Shown here piece by piece: positions 23,745 through 36,640 of a stretch of 64,000 nt of DNA. The DNA is taken from positions 154,506,001 to 154,570,000 of the forward strand of contig CM059431.1 of assembly GCA_030390025.1 (NCBI GenBank). Direction: 5' to 3'. The translations under genes were made by a program, and so were the position numbers. The stretch comes from Squalus acanthias (lineage: Eukaryota). The notes under the pieces are model-generated. The model made no database searches and was not told where the DNA came from. It saw only the letters and a list, made by a program, of their open reading frames with translations. The stretch's first letter is position 1. Each line of letters begins with the position of its first letter.

Positions 23745-26700
23745 TAAGAACATAAGAGCATAAGAAATAGGAGCAGGAGTAGGCCAATTGGCCCCTCGAG
23801 TCTGCTCCGCCATTCAATAAGATCAAGGCTGATCTGATCCTAACCGCCAATCTACTATCACAGAACCATCTCCTAAACCGAATATAATTGGACACATGAA
23901 ATAGGAGCAGAATCAGGCTACACGGCCCCTGGTCCCGCTGCGCTACCCACAGGGCCATGACCAATCCGAACCTAGACTCATGTCCAAATTCATGCCCGCT
24001 CCCCGTAACCCTTAATTCCCTTTACTTCTAGGGAACTGTCTATTTCTGTTTTAAATTTATGTAATGATATAGCTTCTACAGCTTTTTGGGGCAGCATATT
24101 CCATGGACCTACCACCCTCTGAGAGAACTAGTTCCTTCTCATCTCAGTTTTGAAAGAGCAGCCCCTTATTCTAAGTCTATGCCCACTAGTTCTAGTTTCA
24201 CCCATCATCGGGAACATACTCCCCGCATCCACCCGATCAAACCACCTCGCAATCTAATATGTTTCAATAAGATTGCCTCTCATTCTTCTGAACTCCAATG
24301 AGTAGAGTCCCAATCTACCCAACCTCTCCTCATATGTCCATCCTCACATCCCCGGGATTAACCGAGTGAACCTTCTTTGTACTGACTCGAGAGCAAGTAT
24401 GTCTTTTCTTAAGTATGTACACCAAAACTGTGTGCATTATTCCAGGTGCGGTCTCACCAATACCTAGTACAACTGAAGCAATACCTCCCTATTTTTTATA
24501 TTTTATCCCCCTAGCAATGAAAGCCATTGGCCTTCTTAATCACTTGCTGCACCTGCATACTAACCTTTTGAGTTTCGTGCACCAGGACCCCCAGATCCCT
24601 TTGTACTTCAGTTCTTTCCAATTTCTTGCCATTAAGATAATAAGTTGCTCTACTATTTTTCCTGCAAAGTGCATAACCTCACACTTTCCAGTATTGTATT
24701 CCATCTGCCAAATCTCTGCCCACTTACTTAGCCTGTCTATGTCCTCTTGCAGATGTTTTATGTCCTCATCACTCACTACTTTCCCTCCCATCTTAGTATC
24801 ATCTGCAAACTTGGATATGTTACACTCGGTCCCCTCCTCCAAATCGTTAATATAGATTGTAATGAGTTGGGGATCCAGCATGACCCCTGCAGAACAATAC
24901 TAGTTACTGATTGCCAGTCTGAGAATGAACCATTTATCCCAACTCTCTGCCGTCTGTTAGATAGCCAATCCTCTATCCATGCCAGAATATTACCCCCAAT
25001 CCCCTAATTTTTTATTTTAAGCAATAATCTTTTGTGTGGCACCTTGTCAGATGCCTTTTGGAAGTCTAAATACACCACATCCACTGGTTCCCCTTTATCA
25101 ACCCTGTATGGTACTTCCTCAAAGAATTCCAGCAAATTTGTCAAACATGTCTACCCCTTCATAAAACCATGTTGACTTTGTCCTATTAAATTATGATTAT
25201 CCAAATGTCCCGTTACTGTCACCTTAATAATGGACTCCCAAATTTCACCTACCACAGATGTTAGGCTAACCGGTCTATAGTTTCCCGCCTTCTGTCTACT
25301 GCCCTTTTTTAAATAAGGGTGTTACATTAGCAGTTTTCCAGCCTGCCGGGATCTTTGCTGAGCCAGGGAGTTTTGGAAAATTATTACCAATGCATCCACA
25401 CTCCCTACCGCCACTTCCCTCAAGACCCTAGGATGTAAGCTATCATGTCCAGGTGATTTATCCGCCTTGAGTCCCATTATTTTTCTGAGTACCACTTCCT
25501 TAGTGATTTTGATCGTGTTTAGCTCCTCCCACCACTATAGCCCCCTGTTTGTCCAGTGTTGGGATATTCCTAGTGTCCTCTACTGTAAAGACTGATACAA
25601 AATATCCATTCAGTGTATTTGCCATCTCCATATTTCCCACCATTAATTTCCCGATCTCATCCTCTAAGGGACCAACATTTACTTTAGACACCCTTTTTCT
25701 TTTTATATAACTATAAAAACTCTTACTATCTGATTTATATTTTTTGCTAATTTACTTTCATAATCTATCTACTCTTTCATAATCAAACTTTTTTTTTAAT
25801 TTTTTGCTGACTTTTAATGTTTTCCAAATCCTCTATCCTCCCACTAGTTTTGGCTAACTTATAGCCCTTGTTTTTATTCGAATACTATCCTTAATTTCTT
25901 TACTTAGCCATGGATGACTGTCTTTTCTTTTACACACTTTTCTTCTCAGTGGAATATTTTTTTTGTAAGTTGTAAAATAACTCCTTAAATGTACACCACT
26001 GATCATGTATCGTCTTATCATTTAATCTATTTTCCCATTCCACTCTACTCAATTCCGCTCGCATACCTTCAAAATCTCCTTTATTCAAGCTTAGCACGCT
26101 TGTTTGAGATCCAATCTTCTGACCCTCTAATTGAATATGGAATTCAACCATGTTATGGTCACTCATTCCAAGGGGATCCTTTACTAGGACATTTTAATTA
26201 ATTCTTTCTCATTACACAGGACCAGATCTAAGGTTGCTTGCCCCCTGGTCGGTTCAGTAACGTACTGCTTAAGAAACCCATCCCTAATATATGATAAATT
26301 GACCCTTAGTGTTCGGGGGGATTAAATATGTGGGGTTATGGGGATAGGATGGGATATGTTAGGGGGAATTAAATACGTGGGGTTACGGGGGTAGGGTGGG
26401 ATATGTGTACTGTGGGGATTAAAGCAGGGACAGGGTACTGGATTTGGATCATCAGCCATGATCGTATTGAATGGCGGAGCAGGCTCGACGGGCCGAATGG
26501 CCTACTCCTGCTCCTAGATTCTATGTTTCTATGTTTCTATGTAATACACTCAATGAACTCATCCTCAAGGCAGCGCTGTCCAATTTGATTTGTCCAATTA
26601 ATATGATAGTTAAAATCCCCCATAATAATAGATGTTTCCTTATTACAAGCCACAACTATTTCTTGATTGATACTCCGTCTAACAGAATTGCAACTGTTCG

Positions 26701-28117
26701 GAGTCCTATAGACTACACGATCTACTGTTTTTTCCCATTATTATTCCTTATCTCAACCCAAACTGTTTCATTATCCTGATCTTTTGACCCAATATCATTT
26801 CTCTGTATTACAGTGATTCCTTTCTTTATTAACATAGCCACCCCACCTCCCCATCCTTCCTGCTTGTCCTTCCTGATCGTTAAATAACCTGGTATGTTTA
26901 ATTCCCAGGCATTGTCACCCTGCAGCCATGTTTCTGTAATGGCCACAAGATCATACCCATATGTAGTTATTTGTGCCATTAACTCGTCTATTTTGTTAGG
27001 AATGCTACGTGCATTCAGATAGAGAACTTTCAATTATGTTTTGTGATACTTAGTTCCTGCTTTTTCCCTTTTTATTTCTTTACATTTTACTTCATACCTT
27101 CTTTCCCTTCCTGACACACTCTGTTTTTTTAATTTCACCACTGCTACCTAAGTCTATGATCTTCTCTGTTGTCATTTTAATTATTTGCTCTCTAGGAACC
27201 TCCCCCCCCCCCCCCCACTAGACAGTTTAAAGCCCTCTCTACAGCCCTAGTTCTTTGATCCGCAGGGAGTCTAGTCCCAGCACTGGCCAAGTGAAGCCCA
27301 TCCAAACGGAACAGCTCCCTGGTGCCCCAGTACTGGTGCCAGTATCCCAGGAATCAAAACCCATTTCTCTCACACCAGTCTTTGAGCCACTCATTTAGCT
27401 CTCTAATTTTATTTGTACTAGCCAAATTCGCTCGTTGCTCAGGTAATAATCCAGAGATTATTACCCTTGAGGTCCAGTTTTTAAATTTGAAACCTAGCTG
27501 CTCATACTCCTATAACAGAAGCGGCTTCCTTGTCCTATCTACGTCGTTTGTACCAACATGGACCACGACAACTGGATCCACCACCTCCCACTGCAAGTTT
27601 CTTTCCAGCCCAGAGGAGATGACCCTCAACCTGGCTAACGGGACTCTCGCTCTCGGCAGCAGATAACTCTACCTATCCCCCTAATAATACTATCCCCTAC
27701 CACTACAACATTTCTAGTTACTCCCCCCTCATGAATGGCCCCCCGTTCCACGGTGCTGTGGCCAGGTTGCTCATCCTCCCTGCAGTCCCGGCTCCCGTCC
27801 CCACAGAGAGTTATAACCTCGAACCTGTTGGACAAGAGCAAGGGCTGCGACTCCTCCAACACTTCCTCCTGGATCCCCGTACCTGCCTCGCTCGTAGTCA
27901 CACCGTACTGTCCCTGACCATGGGCTACATCTGAATTAATTAACTTCATAGGTGTGACCACCTCCTGAAACACAGAGTTCAGGTACTTCTCCCCCTCCCT
28001 GACGTGTCGCAGTGTCTGAAGCTCAGACTCCAGCTCATCAACACGGAGCTGGAGTTCCTGTAGCAGCAAACACTTGTCACAGATGTAATCACCGGGAGCC
28101 TCAATGGGGTCCACCGG
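23745..28117 (-). mobile_element. Near full-length, degenerate CR1 (ORF1 zinc finger/coiled coil/SGNH + ORF2)
   Basis: ORF1: YICDKC..LQLRVDELESEL..VVGDSIIRG (27635-28114). ORF2 begins KVLYLNARS at 27033. RT fragments and a GAACATAA tail are present. Confidence 0.9.
26290..26541 (+). mobile_element. 5'-truncated HE1-like SINE nested in CR1
   Basis: Nearly identical to the reverse complement of 3243-3490. TAATA is repeated on both flanks. Confidence 0.9.
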
Positions 28118-28956
28118 CTGATAACACCTCTAAACCCGCCTTTGTTTAGGTGCTGCACCATTAGTTCAGTATCGGCTGCATCTGATATTTTTTGAAGAAC
28201 TGTAAGGCTGCAGAATTATCCTAATTGTATCTCGATGCAGCTGGAAAAAAAATGGAAAGGTGGTTGGGTGCGATCCAGTTGTCGTGGTTCATTAGGTACC
28301 GAATGACACGGGAAAGAACAGGTTGGAGGGACTGCGGAGGGAGTACCAGGAGGTAAGCGCCAATTAAAAGGAAGAACTCGTGGGTAATTATATTGGGATT
28401 GTTACCCAAGACACGTGAAAATTGAAATAGGGACCAGAAGATTAGGAATGTTTACACTTGGCTAAAGGATTGTTGTGGGAAAGAGTATTTACATTCCAAT
28501 GAACACCGTTATCCATACTGGGAAGGGAAGGAGCTGTACAACTTGATCTGGGTTCACCTGAAATGGGTTAGTACCATGTTATAGCTCATAGGATACTAGC
28601 GCTGTAAAAATATATTAAATCAATAAAAGGCGGGGATGGCGCTCAGGCAGAAGTTGTAGGAAATAAGGACAAAATAGCTGATAAAATCATAACAGAAATG
28701 ATAAAAATAGAGTTTGATGAGTTAAAATGTGGGCTAAAACCTCAGGAAATGAGAGCAGCACAGGGGCCATTGTTCAATTAAATGTTCTGTACACTAAAGG
28801 ACGTAGCGTAAGTAATAAATCAAGTGAATTCGAAGCGCAAATTCAAATTAAACGGTGTGACGTATTGCCCATAAATAAGATCTCGTAAAAAGCAGAATAT
28901 GACTGGTAGAGAGAGATATTCCACGTTGTAAGGTCTAGAGAAAGGTAATGGCAATT

Positions 28957-30258
28957 ACATAAGAACATAAGAACATAAGAAATAGGAGCAGGAGTAGGCC
29001 AATCGGCCCCTCGAGCCTGCTCCGCCATTCAATAAGATCATGGCTGATCTGATCCTAACCGCCAATCTACTATCTATCACAGAACCATCTCCTGCATCTA
29101 ACAGAATTGCACACACGAAATAGGAGCAGAATCAGGCTACACAGTCCCTGGGCCCGCTCCACTACCCACAGGGCCATGACCGATCCGAACCTAGACTCAT
29201 GTCCAAATTCCTGCCCGCTCGCCGTAACCCTTAATGCCCTTTACTTCTAGGAAACTGTCTATTTCTGTTTTAAATTTAATTAATGTTGTAGCTTCTACAG
29301 CTTTTTGTGGCAGCATATTCCATGGACCTACCACCCTCTGAGTGAAGTAGTTCCTCCTCATCTCAAATTGAAAGAGCAGCCCCTTATTCTGAGACTATGT
29401 CCCCTAGTTCTCGTCTCACCCGTAATCGGGAACATCCTCCCCGCATCCACCCGATCCAACCCCTTCACAATCTTATATGTTTCAATAAGATCGCCTCTCA
29501 TTCTTCTGAACTCCAATGAGTAGAGTCCCAATCTACCCAACCTCTCCTCATATGACCACCCCCTCATCCCCGGGATTAACCGAGTGAACCTTTTTTGCAC
29601 TGCCTCGAGAGCAAGGATGTCTTTCCTTAAGTAAGGACACCAAAACTGTATGCAGTATTCCAGGTGCGGTCTCACCAATACCTTGTACAACTGAAGCAAT
29701 ACCTCCCTATTTTTATATTCTATCCCCCTAGCAATGAAAGCCAACATTCCATTGGCCTTCTTAATCACTTGCTGCACCTGCATACTAACCTTTTGAGTTT
29801 CGTGCACCAGGACCCCCAGATCCCTTTGCACTTCAGTACTCTCCAGTTTCTTGCCATTAAGATAATAAATTGCTCTAGGATTTTTCCTGCCAAAGTGCAT
29901 CACCTCACACTTTCCAGTGTTGTATTCCATCTGCCAAATCTCTGCCCACTTACTTAGCCTGTCTATGTCCCCTTGCAGGTTTTTTATGTCCTCCTCACTC
30001 ACTACTTTCCCTCCCATCTTTGTATCATCTGCAAATTTTGATATGTTACACTTGGTCCCTTCCTCCAAATCGTTAATATAGATTGTGAAGAGTTGGGGAC
30101 CCAGCACTGACTCCTGTGGAACACCACTAGTTACTGATTGCCAGTCTGAGAATGAACCATTTATCCCAACTCTTTGCTTTCTGTTAGATAGCCAATCCTC
30201 TATCCATGCCAGAATATTACCCCCAATCCCGTGATTTTTTACCTTAAGCAATAATCTT
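28957..30258 (-). mobile_element. Young 5'-truncated CR1 (same subfamily as 23745-28117)
   Basis: ORF 29358-30251 encodes RT. It shares the extended 3' UTR. Confidence 0.9.
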
Positions 30259-30592
30259 CAAAAAGAAGAAGAGTTGAAATATTGAAAAGGGGCACTTTTA
30301 CTGCCTTTTAAAGGGAGGGTATCAGCAAGGGTGAGCATACAGTAGAAAGGCTATGAGTAGAACTGAGGAATAGTAAAGGAAGCAATACATTGGTGGGATT
30401 TGTTTCTAGACCTCCACATAGCACTAACAATGTGGTAGGATACATGAACTTTCAGATTAGAGAACCTGTTGCAAAAACAGCGTAGTATAATAGGAGACAT
30501 CAATTTTCATGCAGACTGGGCGAAGCAGACCAGCTCGATTCCCAGAGATAGCGAATTTCTTGAGTGTATTCAGAACAATTTTCTGAAACAAT

Positions 30593-31655
30593 GGCCCAAA
30601 CATTGCGGTCGGCGGCATGGTTCCGGAGTACAACCAACGAAAAAAATACAAGCTTCCCTTGTGCGAGCCCCCACACATAGATTTGCTGTTCGGCATTGCA
30701 GAGTTGTGCGCAGCGTATTACATAATGAAGGTATATGCGTAAGGGATGAAATGCCCGCAAAATCTGTGGCACTAAGCCACGTACACAGAAACTTCTTTCG
30801 GTCTCTTCAATTGAAATTGCACTATCAAAACATTTTAAAACTCCTAAAAACTTTAAAAAAACGTTGGATTAAACTGCTACTTGGACTTGTTTCATATATC
30901 AGCATTGTGTTAAAATTATGGAACAAAATACCAACAATAATTTGGTATCTGTTTTCCATTTGAAGGTTAAAAAAGATAATTTGAGTTCAATGGAAAGATT
31001 CTCGTCCTTTGACCGTTTACTAAAGTGAAATCCATCGTTTAGCTGTTCAACCTTCTATTGAGGTTGAAACAGTTTCTATCACTTGGAAAGTGTATGCAAA
31101 TGTACTTTATTTTTATTTCATACTAAGAAACAGATTCCTTTTCTTATTTGCACTAAGGAGCATTGTAGAGCGTTGTAGAGTGTTTTGCTAGCCCACAGAT
31201 TCCCCAGTTCTTGATCAAACAATTGGAGAGCAGAAAATATTGATAATTTTCAATATTAATTTTCATATTTTACATTTTTTATGTTTCTAAATGCTTCCAC
31301 TATGGGCATAGATTTTATTATGAAGTGCTTCCAGAATTCTTAACAAAACTTTCAGACGCATCAAATGGGTTCCTTTCATAGTGAAACAGGCTCCTGCTCC
31401 TGCTTTCACTAACCGTAACATTTTCGGATGTAACTGCTGGGCAGTTGGTTGTAAATTATCCGAACTCTGCGCCAGCAATTAGTACTTTCCCCGTCGATGC
31501 AGATCATGTGTGAAGTTGGAACTTGACAGATCGCAAGCTATGTATTTAGCGCATGCGAAAGTACATGTGGTAATCCAGAGTTTGCAGTCAATTTCAAAGG
31601 AAGTATTATGGCGTATTCTCAGAGTATGCCATTATAGAAACGTCAAAATTTGCCC
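30593..31655. mobile_element. Non-autonomous Harbinger-type element
   Basis: 3-bp TSD AAT at 30590-30592 and 31656-31658. Removing the element restores the CR1 frame. Imperfect TIRs GGCCCAAAC../..ATTTGCCC and a subterminal hairpin at ~31609-31631. Confidence 0.7.
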
Positions 31656-34449
31656 AATGTGTTCTTGAATCAACAAGGGAACAGGCCATCTTATATTTAG
31701 TAATGAGTAATGCGCTTGAATTAGTCAATATTTTAACGTAAAGGGAACACCTAACTAACAGTGGCCATAATATTATAGAATTCGGTATTAGGTTTGAGAG
31801 CGAAAATGTTGAGTCACGAATCAAGATTTTAAATTTAGGTAAGGCTGACTTTGGAGCGATGAGGCAGGAATTAACCACAATAGACTGGGCAGAACTGTTA
31901 ACGGAAAACACTGCAAATGAGCAGTGGATGTATTCAAAATATTATTTGGTAGAATACAACGCGTGTATGTATTCCTAAAGGGCGAGAGCACTGCATGTAC
32001 AATTGCACAAATTTGGTGAACAATTTAAGTGAGAGTTAGTTTGAAGCAAAAGGAAGTTAAAGAACAGTAGAGATGCGCGTGCTGGGAGAGATAAAATGAA
32101 CAGCAGAGGGATAAAAATAAAGTGTTAAGAGGTGTTGTAAGGGAATACGAGAAACAGCTTGCAAAGGCTATCAAAAACAGCAGTTTCCAAATATATTACC
32201 GGAAAGAGGGTGTCTAAGAATAATGTGCGTCCCGTAATTTCAGACGCTGTTGATATTTTACTTGCAAATCTGAAAATTGACAGACTTACAAAATAAGTAG
32301 TTTGTACCGGTCTTCACAGTAGATGATGAAAGTAGGGAGAAAGTACAAGAGATACATGAAAACTAAAACTAAATCAAGGGAAGGAGCTAACTAGATTCAA
32401 TATAAGTAAACATATGATGATGGAGAAACTGATGAGATTAACAATAGACAAAGTACCACAACACGATGGTTTTTACCCCAGGGAATTAAAATAACTAGGT
32501 GCGGAAATTGTTGCTGCGTTAGGTGCATTTTGAGGGAGAGCGTTGCAGATTTCAACTACACTACGCCCTAAAAGGGCTACATTATATGGACAGAATGCAT
32601 AGACTCGGATTTCATTCCCTTGAATATAAAAGATTAAGGGTGTTTAACATGATAACAGATTTGATAGTGTAAATTGCGAGAAACTATTTACTCCGATATG
32701 GGAGTCCAGCACAAGGGGGCAGTGCAGAGCTAATTTCAGAAAGCACAACTTCACACAAAGCGTAGTTGAAATCTGCAACGCTCTCCCTCAAAAAGCACTT
32801 GAGGGCAGGTCAATCATGAATTGATTACTGACATTGATATATTTTTATTATGCAAAGGTATTAAGAGTTACAGAAACAAGGTGGGTAGATGTAGTTAATA
32901 TACAGATCCGCCATGATCTAATTGAATGGCGGAACAGGCTCGCAGGGGTGATTGGCCTACTTATGTTCCTATGTTTCTGTTCTATGTCTCCCTGCACATG
33001 CAGTATTTCACAAAATACTACACTTTTAATCCTTCGCTTAAGCTTCCTTTAGAATACCCTAAATTCAAGAAGAAGGATCTATTGCATTCTTCTACATGTT
33101 ATTATTTCCAACATTTACTACAACAATTGGTTCCTTGCTTGCTCCCTGCAGCATTCCGTCAACCCAGTATGTCAGCTCTTCAATCCATGCACCCGGGAGG
33201 CAACACACTATTTGTTTTCCAGCTCATCTTTCTACAGAATTCTACTTGTTCACTGAAATATCGAATCCGCAAATGCCACATACTTGTCAGATACTCTATG
33301 TCTATTCGCTTGTTCCCTCACAGGCTGCTGGATTATCCCATCTTGCCATGTCATAATTAACCCTTGAGTCTCCACATCAAGGGGGTAATTTTAATTTTGG
33401 ACGATAGTGTAAGTTGGGAGATATTAAACGATATGACCGTATCTCCTATCTATTTCCATGGGAGCGCATTTGCGGGAGAGGTCCAGGATTGAACCATTAC
33501 CGGACCGTGACCTCTTATCCACTTGCTAGCAGAAACCCACTCTCCGCTTGTAGGTACCGGGGTCCCTTCTCGTACTCTGGCGCCGTTGTTGTATTCTCTA
33601 ATAGCTCATCGATAAAAGTGCCTCCCTCATGTTCTGATGCGTGACCAGTCGCTCGCTAAGGCTGAACACATTCAGCCTACATTACATCGACCAGCTTGCA
33701 GTTGTTGCAGGTGCACATTTCAGAATATGCGACGGGAAGGAAAGCATCTCACAACTTCTACAACTCACAAAATAGTTCATCCTCGTGTAACGTTAACTTT
33801 TAAACATGTTTGAGATCAGAAAATAACCTTAAAGATTACAAAATTAAAAAGCCAAATTCCCATTAATTAAATTCCTTGAATTCGAATCACCTTTTAGAAA
33901 ATAATTGCTGCTCTTGTTCCTTGGTTAGTTTACTGACCACCTCCTCCCTCCTCTCCTGCAACGAATTCCATCTTCACGAAATTCCCGAATCACCTAAATT
34001 CAGTTACAGTGAAATTAGTTAACAAAGCCCACCCTCTAAATACAATGTTATCACATTCCGTAAGCAAATGTGTACTTAGAGTTTATAGTGCCTGGAATAT
34101 ATGTATCTCGCACGATTGAACGCTGTGCCTCGGGATCGAAGCCTGCGCCAACAAGTGAAGCTTGTTTGCCCACTGCTGAATCTCTTGTCAGCTGAAAGCT
34201 CTCTGACAGAATTAACCCTTTCCTTTCAATCGCATCTTCAACTCTGTGCTCTCAAATATACAACGCATAAGTATGTTAAAGATACAAAGCAGTTACAACT
34301 GTTCATTCAGCCCCCAGCCACATAATATCTAAATATCACCTGAACAATGATCGATTTACAGCAATTCTCCAGAAATGTATCTGCTGCTCTCTCCCCTCGT
34401 GTTCAACATGGTAAGCTGGCTTATACATGACGATGATTGATTACCCTTA

Positions 34450-34853
34450 CCCAGGACTCCTGTTAACCCACTTACATCGGTTATTGCAGTAGATACTGTC
34501 ACACAGTAGAAGGGAGGCAAACGGGAAAGTCTCACCACACTGCAAACACTCGCCCCCATGAAACAAGCTGCGAACGGCATCACAGGACCTTGAACAGAAG
34601 TCAGGATCGGAGATGCCGAAGCAGACACCCGGTACAGCAGATTGTTTTGGCAGTTTATCTTCCTATTTTCTTGCTACTTCTTCAATCATGCGATCCCTAA
34701 CCTTGGAAACGATATAACCTGCTGTTGCATTGAGTGGCCACTTGTCCGCTAGCACTTTCCTTCACGACTATATCCGAACACTTACCCCCTCCATTTTTAA
34801 TAGTTTAATTAGAAGAGTCGGATAAAAGTGCAAGACAGGCTGACTATAAAATC
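34450..34853 (-). pseudogene. Putative exon with start codon and FCS/TRASH-like zinc-finger motifs, disrupted
   Basis: Acceptor TTTTTTCAG before 34853 and AAAATGG at 34794. The frame contains FCSRSC and CLQCGETF-x11-YCNNRC but also three stops. Donor-like GTAAGT at 34785 and GTAAGG at 34450. Confidence 0.4.
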
Positions 34854-36039
34854 CTGAAAAAATAAATGTTCAGTAGCTTTTACACGGCCACGCACTAGCA
34901 CTGAAAAATGCGTTCCGTGTGACTCGATGGTACGTTTGAGGGAACTGCACTTGGAGGATTTACTGAGCTGGACTGAGTACGTTTAAAGGGAGGAAAGCAG
35001 AATCGTTAACTGGCGGCCCACAACACGATCTAGGTCAACTGAAGTGATGCAGACTTCGGCATTCCCGCATTTGAGCTATATATTGGCACGGCTTTTGTGG
35101 TTATATTGACGGGGAAACTGTCAGCGTTCGCTGTCATTACGCTGCGAAACTGACAGCAACATCGGGAGTCCGCACATGCGCAGTTAAAGGCGGTAATCCA
35201 GAATTGCTCTCAGCGATCCCCTGCTCCTCCATAGGGCCCGCTGTTAATGTATCCGCAGATGGCAATCTTTAGAATTCAATATTTGATGTGAACCTCCACG
35301 TTTGCACTGTAATATCGCTGTGAAACAAACCCGGAAAAGTTAAGCCTTTTGAATGGGAATTAATTGTTTTTTTAACGGCATATTAAGTCAATAACTACTG
35401 CGACACAAACTCTCTAGCCCTGAACAACTGATCTTATATTTCTGGAATATAACTTTTTTCCATTATGATGAAAAAATTCCACTGTTGTTAACATATATTT
35501 CTTTTAATACAAATTATTTATTATATTTCACCTTCTACCTTAATCACATGTATAACAATCTTTATTTCGCTCTCTGTAAAATGGTCTAAAACGGAAAGAT
35601 AATTAGTGCTTTTTACTTCCTGTTTTGCTGTCTGTGAGAATTCTTCAATGTGATTGGCTGGTTAGCATGCTTCATGACATAATTGTTGCTGATGCTGGAG
35701 ATCTCCTATTGGTGATTCCAGGATGAAATTAATGTTGAGGAAGGTGAAATCTTCGCCGCAAAGTTCACCAGATCTTTGTGGGCAGCTTTCATCAGGGTAA
35801 GCAGGGACCACCATCGCTTCGCCGCTGACCACAAAATGCTGACCATTATTTCTGTGCACCAACGATAGTTGATTGGTAATTTGATCCTCATGTTAAAAGT
35901 CATTTTACACGATACTTTGCAAATTCCTTCTGCCGTCTCATGTGTTTCAATATTTTGAATCGCTTCATGGCTCTTGCAATAGCCACTTTTCCCCAAAAGA
36001 TGAAAGTCCATCACCCGCATAACACAAATGAACAACATA

Positions 36040-36640
36040 GATATTGTTCCCTTAAAGTAGAAAAAATGTTGGGAAGCATTTCACAGAATAGTATGAAATT
36101 AGAATGCAACGAAAAAGGATTTATTGCAGATGGTTGGCCAAGGTGATACATTTAAGAAGCGACAGATGAGGAGGATAGGGAAGAGGAGAATGGAGGGCAT
36201 ACCAGAGAATGTACCTACGCAGCTGAAGACACTGCTACGAATGGAAGGCTGATGGGAATTAGTTTGCACAGGAGGGAGGAGTCAGGGGAACAGAACGTTT
36301 TATAGGGGAAATTCTGTTCCAGCATTTTGCAGAGATAGAGAAAGGTGAAATTATGGACGAATTTAAACACACCTATGTGTAATTTAAATTTGAAGCTATG
36401 GGGGACTAGGAGTCAATGGAGGTCAACGAAGTGTAGATAATGGACGAGTGAGACATGGCGTTGATTAAGATATGGGCAGTGCAGTATTGGGTGAATTAAT
36501 TATTCTGGAGGTTAATGGTAACAGGAGCATTGTAGTAATGGTACCGGAAGATTTCAAAGGCATGAATTACGGTTTGAATGGTAGATGGGCTTAGCTTAAG
36601 GCCTTTTCAGATCTATGGTAGAGGCAGAAAACTGATTGAT
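36040..36640 (-). mobile_element. Probable degenerate L2-like LINE 3' fragment
   Basis: Resemblance, from memory only, to the reverse complement of fish L2 3' ends. No clear ORF. Confidence 0.35.

Larger units (their letters stand above)
28230..32985 (+). mobile_element. Old CR1 interrupted by a CR1 and a MITE
   Basis: Remnants IIGDINFHADW..EFLECIQNNFLKQ (30487-30592) resume as CVLESTREQAIL after 31655. CR1 tail at ~32910-32985. Confidence 0.7.

Noticed and set aside
26403..33360. Recurring MAEQAR.. and MCTVGIKAG.. ORFs as a peptide family
   Set aside because: They begin in the shared CR1/SINE 3' tail and run into unrelated flanking sequence.
34990..35850. CpG-rich block as a promoter
   Set aside because: GC-rich ends around an AT-rich core, as in the MITEs at 30593 and 52746. 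Probably another non-autonomous element, although its TIRs could not be fixed.
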